A DNA stretch of 64,000 nt, taken from the NCBI GenBank assembly GCA_044345855.1, contig JBIJAG010000002.1, positions 60,715-124,714 on the forward strand, read 5' to 3'. The position numbers and the translations under genes were made by a program. Positions 63,989 through 64,000 of the stretch are shown here, one piece after another (position 1 is the stretch's first letter; every line of letters starts with the position of its first letter). The notes under the pieces were generated by a model. The model saw only the letters and a list, made by a program, of their open reading frames with translations, was not told the origin of the DNA and did not search any database. This DNA is from Cyanobium sp. Lineage in GTDB: Bacteria; Cyanobacteriota; Cyanobacteriia; PCC-6307; Cyanobiaceae.

Positions 63989-64000
63989 CGACTGTTCAGG

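Larger units (their letters stand above)
55553..64000. mobile_element. tRNA-Arg-flanked integrative element (satellite/tycheposon/PICI-like); right boundary beyond window
   Basis: Starts at the tRNA 3' end. Gene set: excisionase-like HTH, PrimPol-helicase, unknowns, low-GC cargo cassettes and a tyrosine integrase at 62900-63988. No second att copy is visible inside the window. Confidence 0.6.

Noticed and set aside
55553-64000. Second copy of the tRNA-Arg 3' end (attR) inside the window
   Set aside because: Visual scanning for GGTTCGAGTCCCGCC-type sequence found nothing, including in the 62634-62899 spacer. The boundary is presumed to lie beyond 64000, so the element's size is unknown.

Overview
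This is a visibly GC-rich chromosome segment of picocyanobacterial type; third codon positions are almost always G/C. The gene content (psaC, ndhS, mreBCD, egtBD, a HEAT/PBS-lyase-like repeat protein) fits a Synechococcus/Cyanobium-like organism. All work was by eye, so RNA ends and several start codons are approximate, and no homology search or GC calculation was run.

Bases 1 to about 55.5 kb are mostly conserved housekeeping genes:
- secA 3' end, cysE, infC, miaA, gyrB, gpx, a group-2 sigma factor, mutY, a PfkB kinase, tsaE and ahcY
- ssb, mreBCD, a sugar-binding protein, an OmpR-type regulator and lysS
- an egtB-egtD ergothioneine operon, a CysK-like enzyme coupled to a Ser/Thr kinase, smpB and ruvB
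- thiC behind a TPP riboswitch, tkt, fabF-acpP, psaC, glmS, manC, rimM, ndhS, rnc, RNase P RNA and tRNA-Arg(CCU)

Small accessory patches are embedded in this core:
- a lower-GC polytopic membrane gene at 11.1-12.8 kb
- a lower-GC GT2 plus GtrA-like pair at 39.2-40.6 kb
- a decayed AbrB/RelE-like toxin-antitoxin pair beside REP-like hairpin repeats at 49.6-50.4 kb
- an RHH/MazF-like pair with internal tandem repeats, wedged between rnc and rnpB at 54.2-54.8 kb

The most interesting region runs from the tRNA-Arg gene (55479-55552) to the window end. It looks like an integrative element. It carries an AlpA/excisionase-like HTH gene, a 946-aa PrimPol plus RepA-like helicase fusion, several unknown proteins and a roughly 470-bp structured non-coding stretch. 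It also holds two low-GC cargo cassettes (an RHH protein coupled to a small membrane protein, and a poly-proline membrane protein) and a distal tyrosine integrase. The architecture resembles phage satellites (PICI-like) or the tycheposons described in Prochlorococcus. Its right end is outside the window.
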